Of a DNA stretch of 64,000 nt, positions 31,585 to 45,559 are shown in pieces (the stretch's first letter is position 1; the number at the start of each line of letters is the position of its first letter). The notes under the pieces were generated by a model. It saw nothing but the letters and a program-made list of their open reading frames with translations, was not told where the DNA came from and made no database searches. Source of the stretch: Chrysomallon squamiferum (Eukaryota; Animalia; Mollusca); the NCBI GenBank assembly GCA_012295275.1, contig CM022675.1:11408001-11472000 (forward strand), in the 5' to 3' direction. The position numbers and the translations under genes were made by a program.

Positions 31585-31890
31585 AACAAGCCCGTGATTG
31601 GCTCTTACGTCACGACGCTTAATGAAAGAGAAATTTTTATTGGCCAGTCTTACTATCGGCATCACAGCGTCGTAAGAGTGACGTAAGCGTGTTATTGTGG
31701 TCTGTAATAAACTGAAATAACACAGCTTCTTGCAGATTAATTTAGTGTTTAGGGGCGGTTTTGGAGGCGGGCACTCGCCATAGGAAATGAGTGTATCGCC
31801 TTGAATTTGCTACGACCACGTCTATAATTTCGAAATTAAAAGGTTGCCACCGACGTCTTTGATATAGGTGTTAAAAATCCAGGTGAGGGA
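31585..31890 (+). promoter_or_regulatory. Candidate Pol II promoter plus short first exon
   Basis: Inverted CCAAT boxes (ATTGG at 31597-31601 and 31639-31643); CRE-like TTACGTCA at 31605-31612 and TGACGTAA at 31679-31686; GC boxes GGGGCGG at 31752-31758 and GGAGGCGGG at 31763-31771; TATAAT at 31823-31828; donor CAG|GTGAGG at 31882/31883. The order and spacing are canonical. Confidence 0.4.
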
Positions 31891-33324
31891 ATTAAATTGT
31901 CGTCAACAGATGTTTGCTCCCGGTGTGTGACTGGTCCGCCCAAAGATGAAATGTGTGTGTGTGTGTATTTGTGTATGCGTGTTTGTTTTGTGTTCGTTTT
32001 GTTTAAGTCTTGTTTTGTGTTTGTTTTGTTTTGTCTTGTTTTGTTTTGTCGTGTTTTGTGTTTGTTTTGTTTTGTCTTGTTTTGTTTATTTATTTATTTA
32101 TTTATTTATTTTGTCTTGTTTTGTTCTATTTTATTTATTTATTTATTTATGTACTTAATTTTCTTTTATTTATTTATTTACTTACTTACTTGATTGATTT
32201 GATTTAATTTTATATGTTTATATTCATTCATTTGTTTCTTTGTTTATTTTATTTCATTTTCAGGCATATTTTTCTTTTTACTTTTTACTATTTCTAACTA
32301 CTAATGAATATAGTTTTTTTATATATATATATATATATTTTAAAATATCAACAGAAATTATTTAAAATTATAATTATATTCTGATTACTACTACTACTAC
32401 TAGTACTACTAAAATTATTATTATATTATTATTATTATTATTGCTAACTTTACTTTTGCCACTATTACTATAACTACTATTACTACCAAAAAAAAAAATA
32501 ATAAGAAGAAGAAGAAGAAGAAGAAAATAAAAACCAACTCAGCTAATCCCTGCTATGATTAAAACTATTAGTCATACTGTCGACATTATCCTTACTATCA
32601 CACCACTACTACTACTGCTGCTGTTACAACTACCACAGCTGCGCAAGTACTAGCAATAATAAAAAAAAGAAAGATAAGAAAGAAAGATAAGAAGAAAGAT
32701 AAGAAAGAAAGATAAAAAGAAAGAACAAATTTAAATACTGCGTCACAGTTACTTATGAAGACATTTTTTTTTATATCTACTGCATACTAACCTTAATATG
32801 TTTATTCAATAAAATATATTTATGAATCAAAGAAAGAAAAATCGAAATTATATAAATTCTCGCTAATATTTCTGCTATCTTAAGGCGCAGTGATATGTTC
32901 ATTTCCATCAAACCTTATTTGTCCCTTGTTCTAATAATTCACCCACTTTTCACCCCTTTCCTCAAAATGTCACCGCCTCAGTATATAATGCGATAAATAT
33001 AAACAATGTTATGACGTAATAAATTGACGATAGAGACCGATAGACATGCTATTTTGATTGTTTTGGTTTGTTTCTGGTGTATGTGAAGCATATGCACGAT
33101 GATACTAAACCTAACATAATTAATTAGCTGTGATGGTTTTATACTGAATGGATCGCTTTGCAAATAATGCAGAAACAAATGATTCGAAATATCGTATTCA
33201 TCATTGTACGTCACACCTTTATCCCAAGAAAACACAATTAAATGACGTCATTATTCGGTGGATGACATTACTATCTTCGAGTCTGGTAAGTGAAGACAGT
33301 ATTTATGTATTAATTTACTAATGT

Positions 33325-33355
<31 letters not shown>

Positions 33356-34082
33356 TTATTATTTATTTATTTATTTATTTATTTAAATCTTGGCTTTAAT
33401 TAAAAATGTTTTAAAATATTATATATAATACCCGCAAACTATCTGAACAGCTGAAATACAGACGGATTTAGTGTTTAGTCTTAGATGCTATTCTGCTTAT
33501 ACTCTCACAACGTGATTTTATTATCATCACATTATGCATACAACAGAACATATTATAAGCCATAATGTTATTATGTAATCATTTAACCGGACTGCAATCG
33601 ACATTTAGAGTCTAAATCTAGGGACTGTTTTGCGATTTCCACTGCTCATTGCACCTGATTTCTCGTTCCAGACAGTATTTTATGAAAAAAAAAAAAACCA
33701 TGATACTCCATTTTTTTTTTTTTTTTTTATGACGTAAGAAGATTTTTATGAAAAATATTTCGATGCTACATGAATGAACAGTGAGAGCTGCCGTTTTCAA
33801 GTCTCGTTTCATCAATATGCAAAACCCATATACCTGACATCTACAAGTCACCTGCAGTAATAAAGCGTTGAGACGATTTTTAGGCTCTCATAACTCCATT
33901 ATGATTGTCATTTATTAAATATTTTAATTACGTGTTTAATGTATATACATCTGTCCATCTGCTTAGGTTAGTTTTTTTAAACATGACGTGATCTCGTCGT
34001 AAAAAAAAAATTACTTTGAAATACTGACTGAACTTTTTGGATTTTTTTAAATGATATTTTTTAATGTAGTTAAGTGCTGTTG

Positions 34083-34203
<121 letters not shown>

Positions 34204-34410
34204 ACAACATTAAACGCAGAGTTCACTAAAACAGAAACAAGAAGTGAAAATGATTAAGAAACAAAATATTACAGAACTTGAAAGGAGGAACGTTACAGCC
34301 ACATTCTTTTACCCCCTTTTCTTTTTTCTTTCTTTTTTTCCATTCATTTAATTCACATACACATCGCTATAATCTACAAATTATATGTTTTCTTCATTCT
34401 TTTCTTTTAA

Positions 34411-34446
<36 letters not shown>

Positions 34447-34967
34447 TATATATATTTTTTTTTCTCTCTCTCTTTTCCTCCTCCAAAAAGTCTTTCATCT
34501 ACTTATCTCTTTCCCCCATCGCAGAAAGGAAAAGTGGGTATTTCTGAATCGGGGCAAAGGCTCAACCAAACGATAACTGATTAAAAGATAAATAGAGCCG
34601 CTGTCGTAATGATCATGCCGCTTCTTGTGTTAACAGTTTTAGTGGCACTGCCAGATGGGAAATCCTGCCCCACCGTGTGTCACTGAAGAATATACGACTC
34701 TGTTGCCAGCGAAGCGTACAGAGATCTAACAGAAAATATAGGCATGGAAATTATAGTAAATGTTTCACCAAACATCCACCGCTACTTGCTAAGATGGCGA
34801 ATCCGTCTTCTTTCTGTAATCAAAGAGTTCTTTGAAGACTGTTCTTTTTCACGGTGGAAAAAAAAAAAAAAAAAAAAAAAAATAAAAAAAAATAAAACGT
34901 GCGTGTATATCAAAGATGCAAAATATAAATTGAATTTTCAGCACAAATCGGAGATGTTTTCCTTCAG

Positions 34968-35001
<34 letters not shown>

Positions 35002-35579
35002 CTTCACGGTAATTTTAGAATATTCTGGAATTTCCTGATTGCTGTGGCTACAAGGCTGATTCAAACGAGGAATGCTAGATTCCATTCACTCACCCATTCC
35101 ACAGTCATCATAGCAACGCCTCTGTTGATGTACTTTTATACAATCATGGATTCCTTAATCTTATTTAAATATATATATATATATACAGATGCACATTACA
35201 GTATATACCTTAATTAAAAATAGAGATAGTTACAATACGCCCTGAACAATACCTCCGCGACCACCAATACCAGCAATAAACTTAATATGTTCAAATTTTT
35301 TACATGCTCTAAACATTCAAATATATCATGGGTGAAGGAACCAAGTCTTTTAAGCAATAGTTAAAGAGAAGAGAATATCGGTTTGTCTTGTATTTCGACA
35401 TTTAGATTAGTAGAAGGAACCGGCTCAAGGATTCCAGGTTGAAGAAAATTTATCTAGCATGAATACTGAGCTTCACTTTTGAGATAGGATGTATGGGTGC
35501 ATTAGTTTTGGTCGATTGAAAGAGTTGAAGGGAAAAGAGACGACAAAAATAGGAGAGACGATGTGTGTGTGAAAGAGAA

Positions 35580-35678
<99 letters not shown>

Positions 35679-36269
35679 TAGCATACACAGAGTATACCCA
35701 GACAGCCAGACATTCAGATACACACACAGACAGAGAGAGGGTGATCAAACAGAAGCACCTACGTCCTCACAAGACAACACATCTTTCACATTATAAACAC
35801 AACGATTTGTAAACCATCACATCAGAGAAGATCTTACGTTCAATAATTCACCAAAGACAAAGGGTCGGAATTAGCAGGACAAAGGCGTACGACGAACGAT
35901 CCCGTGATTTACAACCTTTTGAAAGACAGAGATGAAACCATCTCTCCTCGGCCGTCTCTTGGTCCAAGTATTTACAGCGGATCAATGGAGCATGTAAACA
36001 CAACTGCATTCACTAAACTGTGAAAGTTCATCAGCGACAACCAGGTAGAGATCTATGACTAACAGATATTTATATTCTAAACTAGACGAGTGCAACTGTT
36101 CCGTACTGTAAATATCTGGTCGTCTTGTGCCTTTAACATGTCTACGAAGATTCCACAGCATGGAAGAAGACAAAGTACTGGCCTGGGTGGTAATATAACG
36201 GGAATAGGAACGAGAGTGATAATTAAATAGGGAAGAAACTGAAGAAGAAAAGTTAGTTTGAGATATTTA

Positions 36270-36378
<109 letters not shown>

Positions 36379-36968
36379 GTCTCTCTCGCCCTCGATATGT
36401 ACACACACATACACAAACATACATATATATATTTCTCTATCACTGTCTGTTTCTATTTTTCATTTTTTTCTCTATGTTCGTTTACGTTGGTGGACTTATT
36501 TATTATTTTTTTTTTTTGTCAAACTGAATAACTTATTATCAAACTACAAATATTATTATATAATTATGTTTGTAGTCTGATATATATTGAACGTATCCAT
36601 AACTCATATTTCCTTAGTGATTCGATTTTAATATTTAAGGAACATTTTCTGCGTATCGCTTTAAAACTGTTTCAGACAAAAAAAAAAAAGGATTGCCTTT
36701 AAATCTAAATTTCATTAAATCATTAAGAAAAAAAAATAGACATTTTACTTCATTGCCAACTGTACAAGCCACCAGTCACTACAAAGCTGAAAATATATCA
36801 TTAATGAATTTTGAAAAAAGTAAAAAAGAAATGTTTTTCACTCAAATTGTCATGCATTAGCAAGAACTAGTCTTAATAATGCAATAAATGTACCTTTCTC
36901 TTCAAATTCGGATAACGTTCTGTATAATCAGCAAGTATCGAACGAACTTGGTAACTTTTTATATTAAT

Positions 36969-37077
<109 letters not shown>

Positions 37078-37240
37078 ACATAACAAAAAAACAGCTTTAG
37101 TGCAATGTATAATATTTGCAAGCGTTTGAAAGGATTATCTGATAATACAATTCTATGATGATTTAATCATATCCTTAATAAAAGGTTTTACTTTTGTTGA
37201 ATAAAAAAAGATAATAATAACAACAATAATAATAATGATG

Positions 37241-37289
<49 letters not shown>

Positions 37290-37534
37290 TAATAATAATA
37301 AATATAATAAAAGTGTGTGTGTGTGTAAAATGTATTACATTATTTTAATTTGTCGATTTAGTACGCTTTTGCACATAACGTACATTAAAAATTATTTTAG
37401 GCAAAGACAAATTTGCTAGACTAAATGAAATTTTAGAACCTGTAACATGAATTCGTTTTAACGTGTATGTGTATGTGTATGAACAATATTTTGCGACAAA
37501 GTAATACGTGGAAGGAAAAGAAGACAGTTTCATG

Positions 37535-38010
37535 ATTTTGAGCATATCAAGATGTATACAATACTTTACGGTATGTTATGATGTTTAGTGTATTTTGCGT
37601 CATTTTAAGAAGTGTACAAAACTTTGCGGCATATTAATACATGTACAATATTTTGCGGCATATTAATACATGTACAATATTTTGCGGCATATTAATACAT
37701 GTACAATATTTTGCGGCATATTAACACGTATACAATATTTTTCGGCATATTAAGACGTGTACAATATTTTGCGGCATATTAACACGTATACAATATTTTT
37801 CGGCATATTAATACATGTACAATATTTTGCGGCATATTAACACGTATACAATATTTTTCGGCATATTAATACATGTACAATATGTTGCGTCATTTTAAGA
37901 AGAGTACAAAATTTTTCGGCATATTAACATGTGTACAACATTTTGCGGCATATTAACACGTGTATAAAAGTTCGTGGCATGCTAAAAACGTGTAGAAACA
38001 TTTCGCAGCA
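37535..38010. repeat. 29-bp minisatellite, about 16 in-register units
   Basis: Consensus GCGGCATATTAATACATGTACAATATTTT. Unit starts fall every 29 bp (37539, 37568, 37597, 37626 ... 37945, 37974), with a homogeneous core and degenerate edges. Confidence 0.95.
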
Positions 38011-38588
38011 TGTAAAAACACGGACATTTTTGATTTTTTGCGGAACTGGATTCTCTTTTCGTTTTAAAAGGAAAACGATTTGGAACTAAGATTCACGTTT
38101 TTAAAAAAACTAAGATTCACTTTTGAAAAAAAAAAAAAAAAATGACGACATGCCGCAAAACATTTTACACCCATTTCAGACTTCTTGACCGCCATTGTTT
38201 TCTTGTAAAAACGAACGTTTACATTTGTACAAATACTGTCAAAAGTTTTATTGGCTTTTTTTTTTTTTTTGTGTTTCGGCGGAGGTTTTTTTTTTTTTTT
38301 TTTTTTTAGGGTTTTTTTTTGCCTCGTCATTGTGTTTTTTTTTTTTTTTTGTGTGTGTGTCAGAAACATGCGTGTTTCACAATGGTTTTATTTCAATTAT
38401 TTTCCTGTTGGAAAGGTAGTTATCGCTTTCAGCGAAATCGGTGGGGTTTTTTTTATACGTAATTTTCTTTTATTGTAATTTTTATAATTTTATTTTATTT
38501 TTTTTATTTTTTTTTATTTTTTTTGTCAGTTTAATTTGTTGCATTTTCTCTCTTTATGTATTTTATCTAATAACTCATACGGTTGTAA

Positions 38589-38623
<35 letters not shown>

Positions 38624-39303
38624 GTAATAGTAATAGTAGTAGTAGTAGTGGTAATAGTAGTAATAAAAAAAATAATAATAATAGTAGTAATAATAATAAT
38701 TATTATTATTATTATTGTCGTTGTTATGTTCATGTTGTTATTATTAATTTATTAATTAATTAATTAATTTAGTATCGTTATCATTATTTTTGTTATTATG
38801 CTTTTGTTAAAGAAAAAAATACCCCCCACACACAAATAATATAAACATAAAAATATAAAAATGCGAAAAAGGACATTTATGAAAAAAAAATACGAAAGCA
38901 GAAATGGAGAAAAAAGGGAAACGCGACAATATAAATTGTTTTCTTTGCTAACTGCGAGCAGTGGCAAAGACAAAACAACGCCAATATAAATTAAAAAACA
39001 AAAGAAAAGAAAATGTAAATAAAGTTATAAAATGCATCAACCTTGCAAATAACTATGCTCAACACTTCTCGGAGAAAAAAAAAAAAACACAACAAAAAAA
39101 TTAATTTCCTGCTTCTGAAAGATCAAACGACTATGCGCAGAATAAAAAAGGATTATAGAGTCAATGAAGAAATGGTAAAATATAAATTCGGAGTACAAAC
39201 AAACGATAAAGAAAACAACGGGAAAAAAAAAAAAAAAGGATAAAAAAACAGAAGAAAGAAAACCAAATATACAAACGTAGATTGTTTTTTATTTATCTTT
39301 GTT

Positions 39304-39342
<39 letters not shown>

Positions 39343-40097
39343 CTTTCACAAACTCTTAGCATCTGGTAAGAATGACAAAAACACGCAAGTTCGTCTTGTA
39401 AAACAGTAAACTCTGTCGGCTTTTTACAAGAAAACAATGGCGGTCAAGAAGTTTCTGAATGGCTTACAAGATGTCATCATCGGCGAAAGATTTTTTTTTT
39501 TTTTTTTTTTTTCTCCAAATCGCTTTTCCTTGGAACATCGGGTGATAGCATCATCCCCCTTGTCACACGATTTGCAAAGAATTCGACTTTGGAAAGAAAA
39601 ACAACTTTATGAAGTGCGGACAAAATGATTCAACAACTCCGTTATTGCCCCGCGACGCGGTTGAATTCCGCACATCCAAGGGCAACCTGGAGAAGCGATT
39701 TGCCACACAGCGTGATCGGGTCTCAGTTTGTTTTCGGGCTTTCAAACCGATAAAAGAACCGTGTTTTCTTTTCCGCGAACTTGTTGGGGGTGTTTTTGTT
39801 GTTGTTGTTGGCCTTCTTTTCATATATATAAAAAAAAAAAATCAAAAAAAAAAAAAATCAAAAATGAAAAAAAAAGAAGAGTTGCTATATATACACACAC
39901 ACACCCCGTTGTTTCGTTTTGTATAACTAATACGGAACTCGGACGAGATCGTATATGATAATGAAGTAGAAAGACAACTCGTCACACAAAACAGACGAAG
40001 AAGAAGACGACTAAGACGAAGACGAAGACGAAGAAGAAGAAGAAGAAGAAGGAAAAAAGATAATATGAATCGTTTTCGCGAAACATTTTGGTTTTTT

Positions 40098-40129
<32 letters not shown>

Positions 40130-40549
40130 TTTCACCTGGGTATGGCCACCGTTAAGAAAAACACTCGGTGAGTCCTTCGCTCACAAAGAAGCGCAGATGA
40201 TAAATGACTCTTGATAGCGATCGTGGTATTATTGAAACACGAAACCACTTATACTTCTCTCTATTTCAGCCCTTCTCAGAGAATGCTTTTATTTCGCTCG
40301 ATTTATCATAATTTTCTTGCCGATATCGATCCATCTAGTGTTTTCGCTCGCTGTGCAAGCAGAATCGTCCATATATATATATTTCTTTCGTCTCCATTAT
40401 TTTTCTTTTTTTTTTTTTTTTTTTTCTTTTTAGTGACTTGGGACATTTGTAACAAAAGAGAAATTGTGAATATTCACCTTATATATATGTGTATATATAT
40501 ATATATCGGTTAAAGTAATGTGAGACTGAATTTGGTTTTATATTATTAC

Positions 40550-40900
40550 AACTATTACTACAACAACAACTACAACAGCTGAATCAGTTGTAGTACAGTT
40601 CTTACTCTGTTACTGCAACTTCTCTATCTTGTTTACTGCTACTACTACTGTTACTTTTTACACAAACTACAACAACAACTACTACTATTAGTTCTGTTTT
40701 TATAATGTCCCTCTACTACAACTAGTACTACAACAACTACAACGACAGCTAAATCAGTCACCGCAAACTATTACCACTCCAAAATCTATTACAAAGCAAC
40801 TTCCCTGTCTTCTTTACTACTATTGCAACTACTATTACTACTTTATACATGAACTACAACAACAACTGCTACTGGTATTAATGCTTTTACTTTACTACAA
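40550..40900. repeat. Diverged tandem duplication of about 170-185 bp in ACT/ACA-rich sequence
   Basis: Colinear anchors: CAGCTGAATCAGT at 40576 and CAGCTAAATCAGT at 40746; CAACTTCTCTATCTT at 40616 and CAACTTCCCTGTCTT at 40797; ACTACAACAACAACT at about 40666 and 40853. Confidence 0.7.
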
Positions 40901-41122
40901 CCACTACTACAGTTACCACTGTTATAAGGGGAAAAAGTTTAAAAATAACAGCACTATGCAAAAAGAACAACAGTTACTACTACTTTTAAATCCACGAAAA
41001 CATATTGTGACTGTTTCATTACTTGAATTGATAGATCTTTGGCTGTATATACACTTGTAATTTACTATACTACTACTACTTATTACTACTACTACTACTA
41101 CTATTATTATTATTAGTACTAC

Positions 41123-41169
<47 letters not shown>

Positions 41170-41819
41170 GTACTAGTATTAGTACCAGATTAGTACCAGA
41201 CTACTACCAGTAGACGTAGTAGTAGTTGTAGTAAATATAACAACAGCAACAACATTAGTACAAATATTAGTGTTAACATTAGTATTACATTAAAACCAGC
41301 ATTAATATTAATATTAGTATCATAAGTAATGATCCTATTCATTCGTAGAGAGCGGACACTTTAATTTTAGATAACAAAAAAAAAAATCTATATTTCTTTT
41401 TAAAATATATACATATTTAAAATATCTTTATTCATGAAATAAAATAAAAAATTAGCCCTTTTTACATATTTAAAAATAATATGAATTTTTTTTCTTTTTA
41501 AATTAATACGTTATGTTCGTTTGAACTAATTATAAACCATAAGTTATGTCAATTTCTCTTCCAACCAATCAAAATTCAGACAGCTGTGTTATCTGACTCT
41601 GCTCTTTAAATATTGTATATTTCGCCTATGGTGGTCAACAGCTTGGTATCTTGCCGTTATTAACATTTTTAGGATTTTTCTTAAAACATAATGGTCAGTT
41701 TAAAATTGCCAAAGTTGATGAATCTCGAAACCTTCAGCAATATATTTCAGATAAAAATCATCTAGAAATATACGAATCATAAGAATGTCTTTAAAATATA
41801 CAGTCATATTTAGATACAG

Positions 41820-42100
41820 GCACATACATACATATATACTTACATACATACATACATACACACACACATACATACATATATACTTACATACATACATACA
41901 TATATACACACATACATAGATACATACATAAATATAGACATACGTACATATACACACACACACACATATATATATATACACACACAGACACAGATACATA
42001 CATACATACATACATATACATACATACATACATACATACATACATACATACATACATACATAAATACATACATACATACATACATACATATTTATATACA
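41820..42100. repeat. Degenerate (ACAT)n/(AC)n microsatellite
   Basis: Directly visible. Confidence 0.92.
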
Positions 42101-42984
42101 AATGTTGATTCATATAATACAAAATACTTGCATACATACAAACATATTTTCGAACACATACATACACATATACACACTACACACGTTTATACACGTACAT
42201 ACGTGCACACATTAAAATATAAAAATAACAAATATCTCCGTCTGTCTATCGGTGCGTGCATTCTTTCGTTACTTCACATTCTATACAATAAAACAAACAC
42301 TCATAATTACTTAAATTCGAAATTATTAAACTATATTTAAAAAAAAAAAAAAAAAAAAACCTTAACCCTTGTCTGCATATTCCACTCCTTCACTCCTTCA
42401 CTCCTTCCTTCCTTTTACCACAAAACTGTAGCTTTTCTTTTCTTTTTTTTTTTTTTTTTTTTTTTTTTTGTGTGTGTATCAAGCGTGAGAGATTTTGAAA
42501 ATTTACAACAAACCAATTAACAAACATCTACTAAAAATAGACGCTGCCGATTCATGCAGGGCTATTATATATTATTTATATGCGAGTTTTTCTGTCCCTG
42601 ATAAACATCGACAGACTGTTTTTAATTGGAACGACGCGTCGGTAGGGGACAAAGTGAAAGGAGAATGTTGATTTATGGAGAAAGTTTCGGCAACTATTTC
42701 AATGCCTACCGCATTTGCTCCGGTTTTTATTTTGTTGTTTTTTTTTCTGTTAAAGGACAACCCAGAACCCTCCTTCCACCGTTGTGTGGTTCTTGTCTTC
42801 TTGCTGCATGGAACGAGGAGTCGTAGGACAAGAGTTCGAGTCCTGGTAAATCATATTTTTTTTTTATTTTTTTATTTTTTTCCCCCTTGTTGTCGTAGTT
42901 ATTGTGTGTGTGTGTGTGTTGTTTTATATATATATATAACATTATTGTTTACTGTAATCTGCATTTATTTGTTTACTTATTTAC

Positions 42985-43047
<63 letters not shown>

Positions 43048-43684
43048 TTTCTAACTCCGAGAATTCAACGTCTTTTTTTTTTTTTAACATAATTCTGTTT
43101 CTGTTGAACGAAGCTTTATTTCCTCTTTTCAATTTCACTTAACACTTTATTTATTCTGTCTTTATTTTTTGTTATTATTATTATTTTTGATCATCTCAAA
43201 ATGCAAAAACACGAGTGTAACAGTCAACCCTTCCATTCTGAGCTCTTTTTTCTCTCTTTCAAGCAACACCACTACACGTACGTTCCCGCGCCGAAATATT
43301 TCCAAGATTATCAGCTCCTTTGATCGGGTCATAACGAAATGGAAAATACTGTAGTTTTGACATAAATAATATTCCACCGACGAAGGTATTTTGTGGCGGT
43401 GACATATCATTTAGGATAGTTTTCATCCATGTCTTAAATCACTTCTGAAACGTGCAGTTTCCTTTAGACACAGCCTAAGCGAGAACGCAAACAGTTCCAG
43501 TGTAATTTATATTTTGTTTTTATGCTTCAATAAGCGTTGTCCCGCTAGCTTGATCTGTGTTTTATTCTTCGTTATCATTCCGTGCGTAATTAAAAATAGC
43601 TAGCAAACACCAGCCTGTCAGATTTCGAAACAGATTAAAATCCGTATTTAGCGAAACAGAACGATAACGACTCGTTTGTTTATG

Positions 43685-43723
<39 letters not shown>

Positions 43724-43765
43724 GCTATTTTTAGTAATAATAATAATAATAATAATAATTTTTAA

Positions 43766-43830
<65 letters not shown>

Positions 43831-43889
43831 GTTATTATTATTGTCATTATTATTATTATTATTATTATTATTTATTATTATTATTATTA

Positions 43890-43921
<32 letters not shown>

Positions 43922-43950
43922 TTATTTATTTATTTTATTTATTTATTTTT
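43685..43950. repeat. (TTTA)n/(TTA)n microsatellite
   Basis: Directly visible. Confidence 0.93.
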
Positions 43951-44379
43951 GCGGTTCTTTGTTATGTTTATTGCTACTAATAATGATGGTCGTTATCGAT
44001 TTGTTGGTGCTGATTGTAGTAGTAATAGTAGTTTGTTTATTTCTAACTGTAACTTTTAAAATTATTATTCATGCTTACTATTACCAATAATAACAATAGT
44101 AAAAACACTGGTTGTAGTAGTAGTAGTAGTTGTTGTTGTTGTTGTTGTTGTTGTAGTAGTATTAACATAAAGGTGGTGGTAGTAGTAGTACGAACAGCTG
44201 TAGTAGCAGAAGCAATAATAGTAGCAGGAAAGGAAGTAGTAATAATAGTTGTAGTAGTACCGTAGTAATAGTTATAGGCAGTACAAATAGAAGTAGTAGT
44301 AATAGCTGTTGCAGTGATTGAAGATGACGTAACAGTAAAACCATCTGCAATAATAGTAGTAGTAGTAGTAGTAGTAAAG

Positions 44380-44436
<57 letters not shown>

Positions 44437-45559
44437 ATAATAATAATGATGGTAATACTGGTAATATAAGTTTTTTGTACTTTCGTTTTTATCTTTTATT
44501 ATACTACTTTCTGTAGGAATGTAAAATATATATATATATATTCATATATATTCATAATTCCAACAGCCGATAATTCAGAAGAAAAATTATCTTCAGTTCT
44601 GTTCTCCGTCTGTGACCTTCTATTGATATGCAATATTTATTATATTGGGAAGTGATAATCGTCGACCAATTAGAAGGTGGTTTGCGTAAGCTGAGCTTTA
44701 AACGTGCAAAGGTGTCGAGGCGTATCACTGTGCAGGTGATCAGTTAGCCTGGCCAAGGGTTTCAGAAGTGACCTTTCGACAAAAAGCCGTCTTTTCTTTC
44801 TCATTAAGATTTTGGCTTTTGTCTTCTTGTTAATGCTAAAAGGTTACTAGGTTCAGATGGTGCATATGTTCCTTGTTTTATCACTGAAAGGTTTGTTGTT
44901 TTTTTGAAGATAACGGAAAAGTCTGAATGGGCGAAATCTGTTCGCAGAGAAAGAAAGAGAAACTGAATTTAAGACCTAACTCAGTTCTGGTTTTTAAACG
45001 TAATAATTCGTTCCCGGTTGGTAACTACATGATCATTGCTGTGGTTTCGATGATAATCAGTAGAAAATTGGTGTGATTAAAATGATTATGATGATGATTA
45101 TGATGATGGTGATGGTGATGGTGATGAGAAATGGTTGGTGCTGATGTTGATGCATATGGTGGTGGTTGCAGTGATTATAATGATGATGATGACTTTAACT
45201 TTTTTTTTTTTTTTCTTAATTTAAATTTTTAAATTTTATTTTAAGGTTGTTGCTTTTTTTTTAATTTTTTTTTTGCTCGTCTTCTTCTTCATCTTTTATA
45301 TTTTTTATATTTTGTTTTTCTTTCTTTAAGGGTGCATGCACATTACTGCATTTGTATTATGTTTAAATCATAACACTGGCAAATCAAATTACAACTCTAA
45401 CAACTGCAACATTTTACGCTTCACAAGATTCTCAACAGCGGGACAAATACGCTATTCCACTCAAACTCATTTTATCTCTTTCTTTTAATACTTTTGTTAT
45501 TATCATCATTACTTTTATTATTATTTTTATTTTAATGTTATTTAATACCGAAAATTTTC

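Noticed and set aside
35017-35031. Three-unit heat-shock element AGAATATTCTGGAAT
   Set aside because: A single isolated site; about one is expected by chance in 64 kb.
35978-36044. Exon-like segment encoding NGACKHNCIH (EGF-like look)
   Set aside because: All three plus frames hit stop codons between the putative acceptor and donor.
37535-38010. 29-bp array as a CRISPR array
   Set aside because: The units are contiguous with no unique spacers, there are no cas genes, and the context is eukaryotic.
42780-42870. tRNA or Pol III gene suggested by B-box GTTCGAGTCC plus polyT
   Set aside because: There is no convincing A-box, the T-stem does not pair, and no cloverleaf forms.
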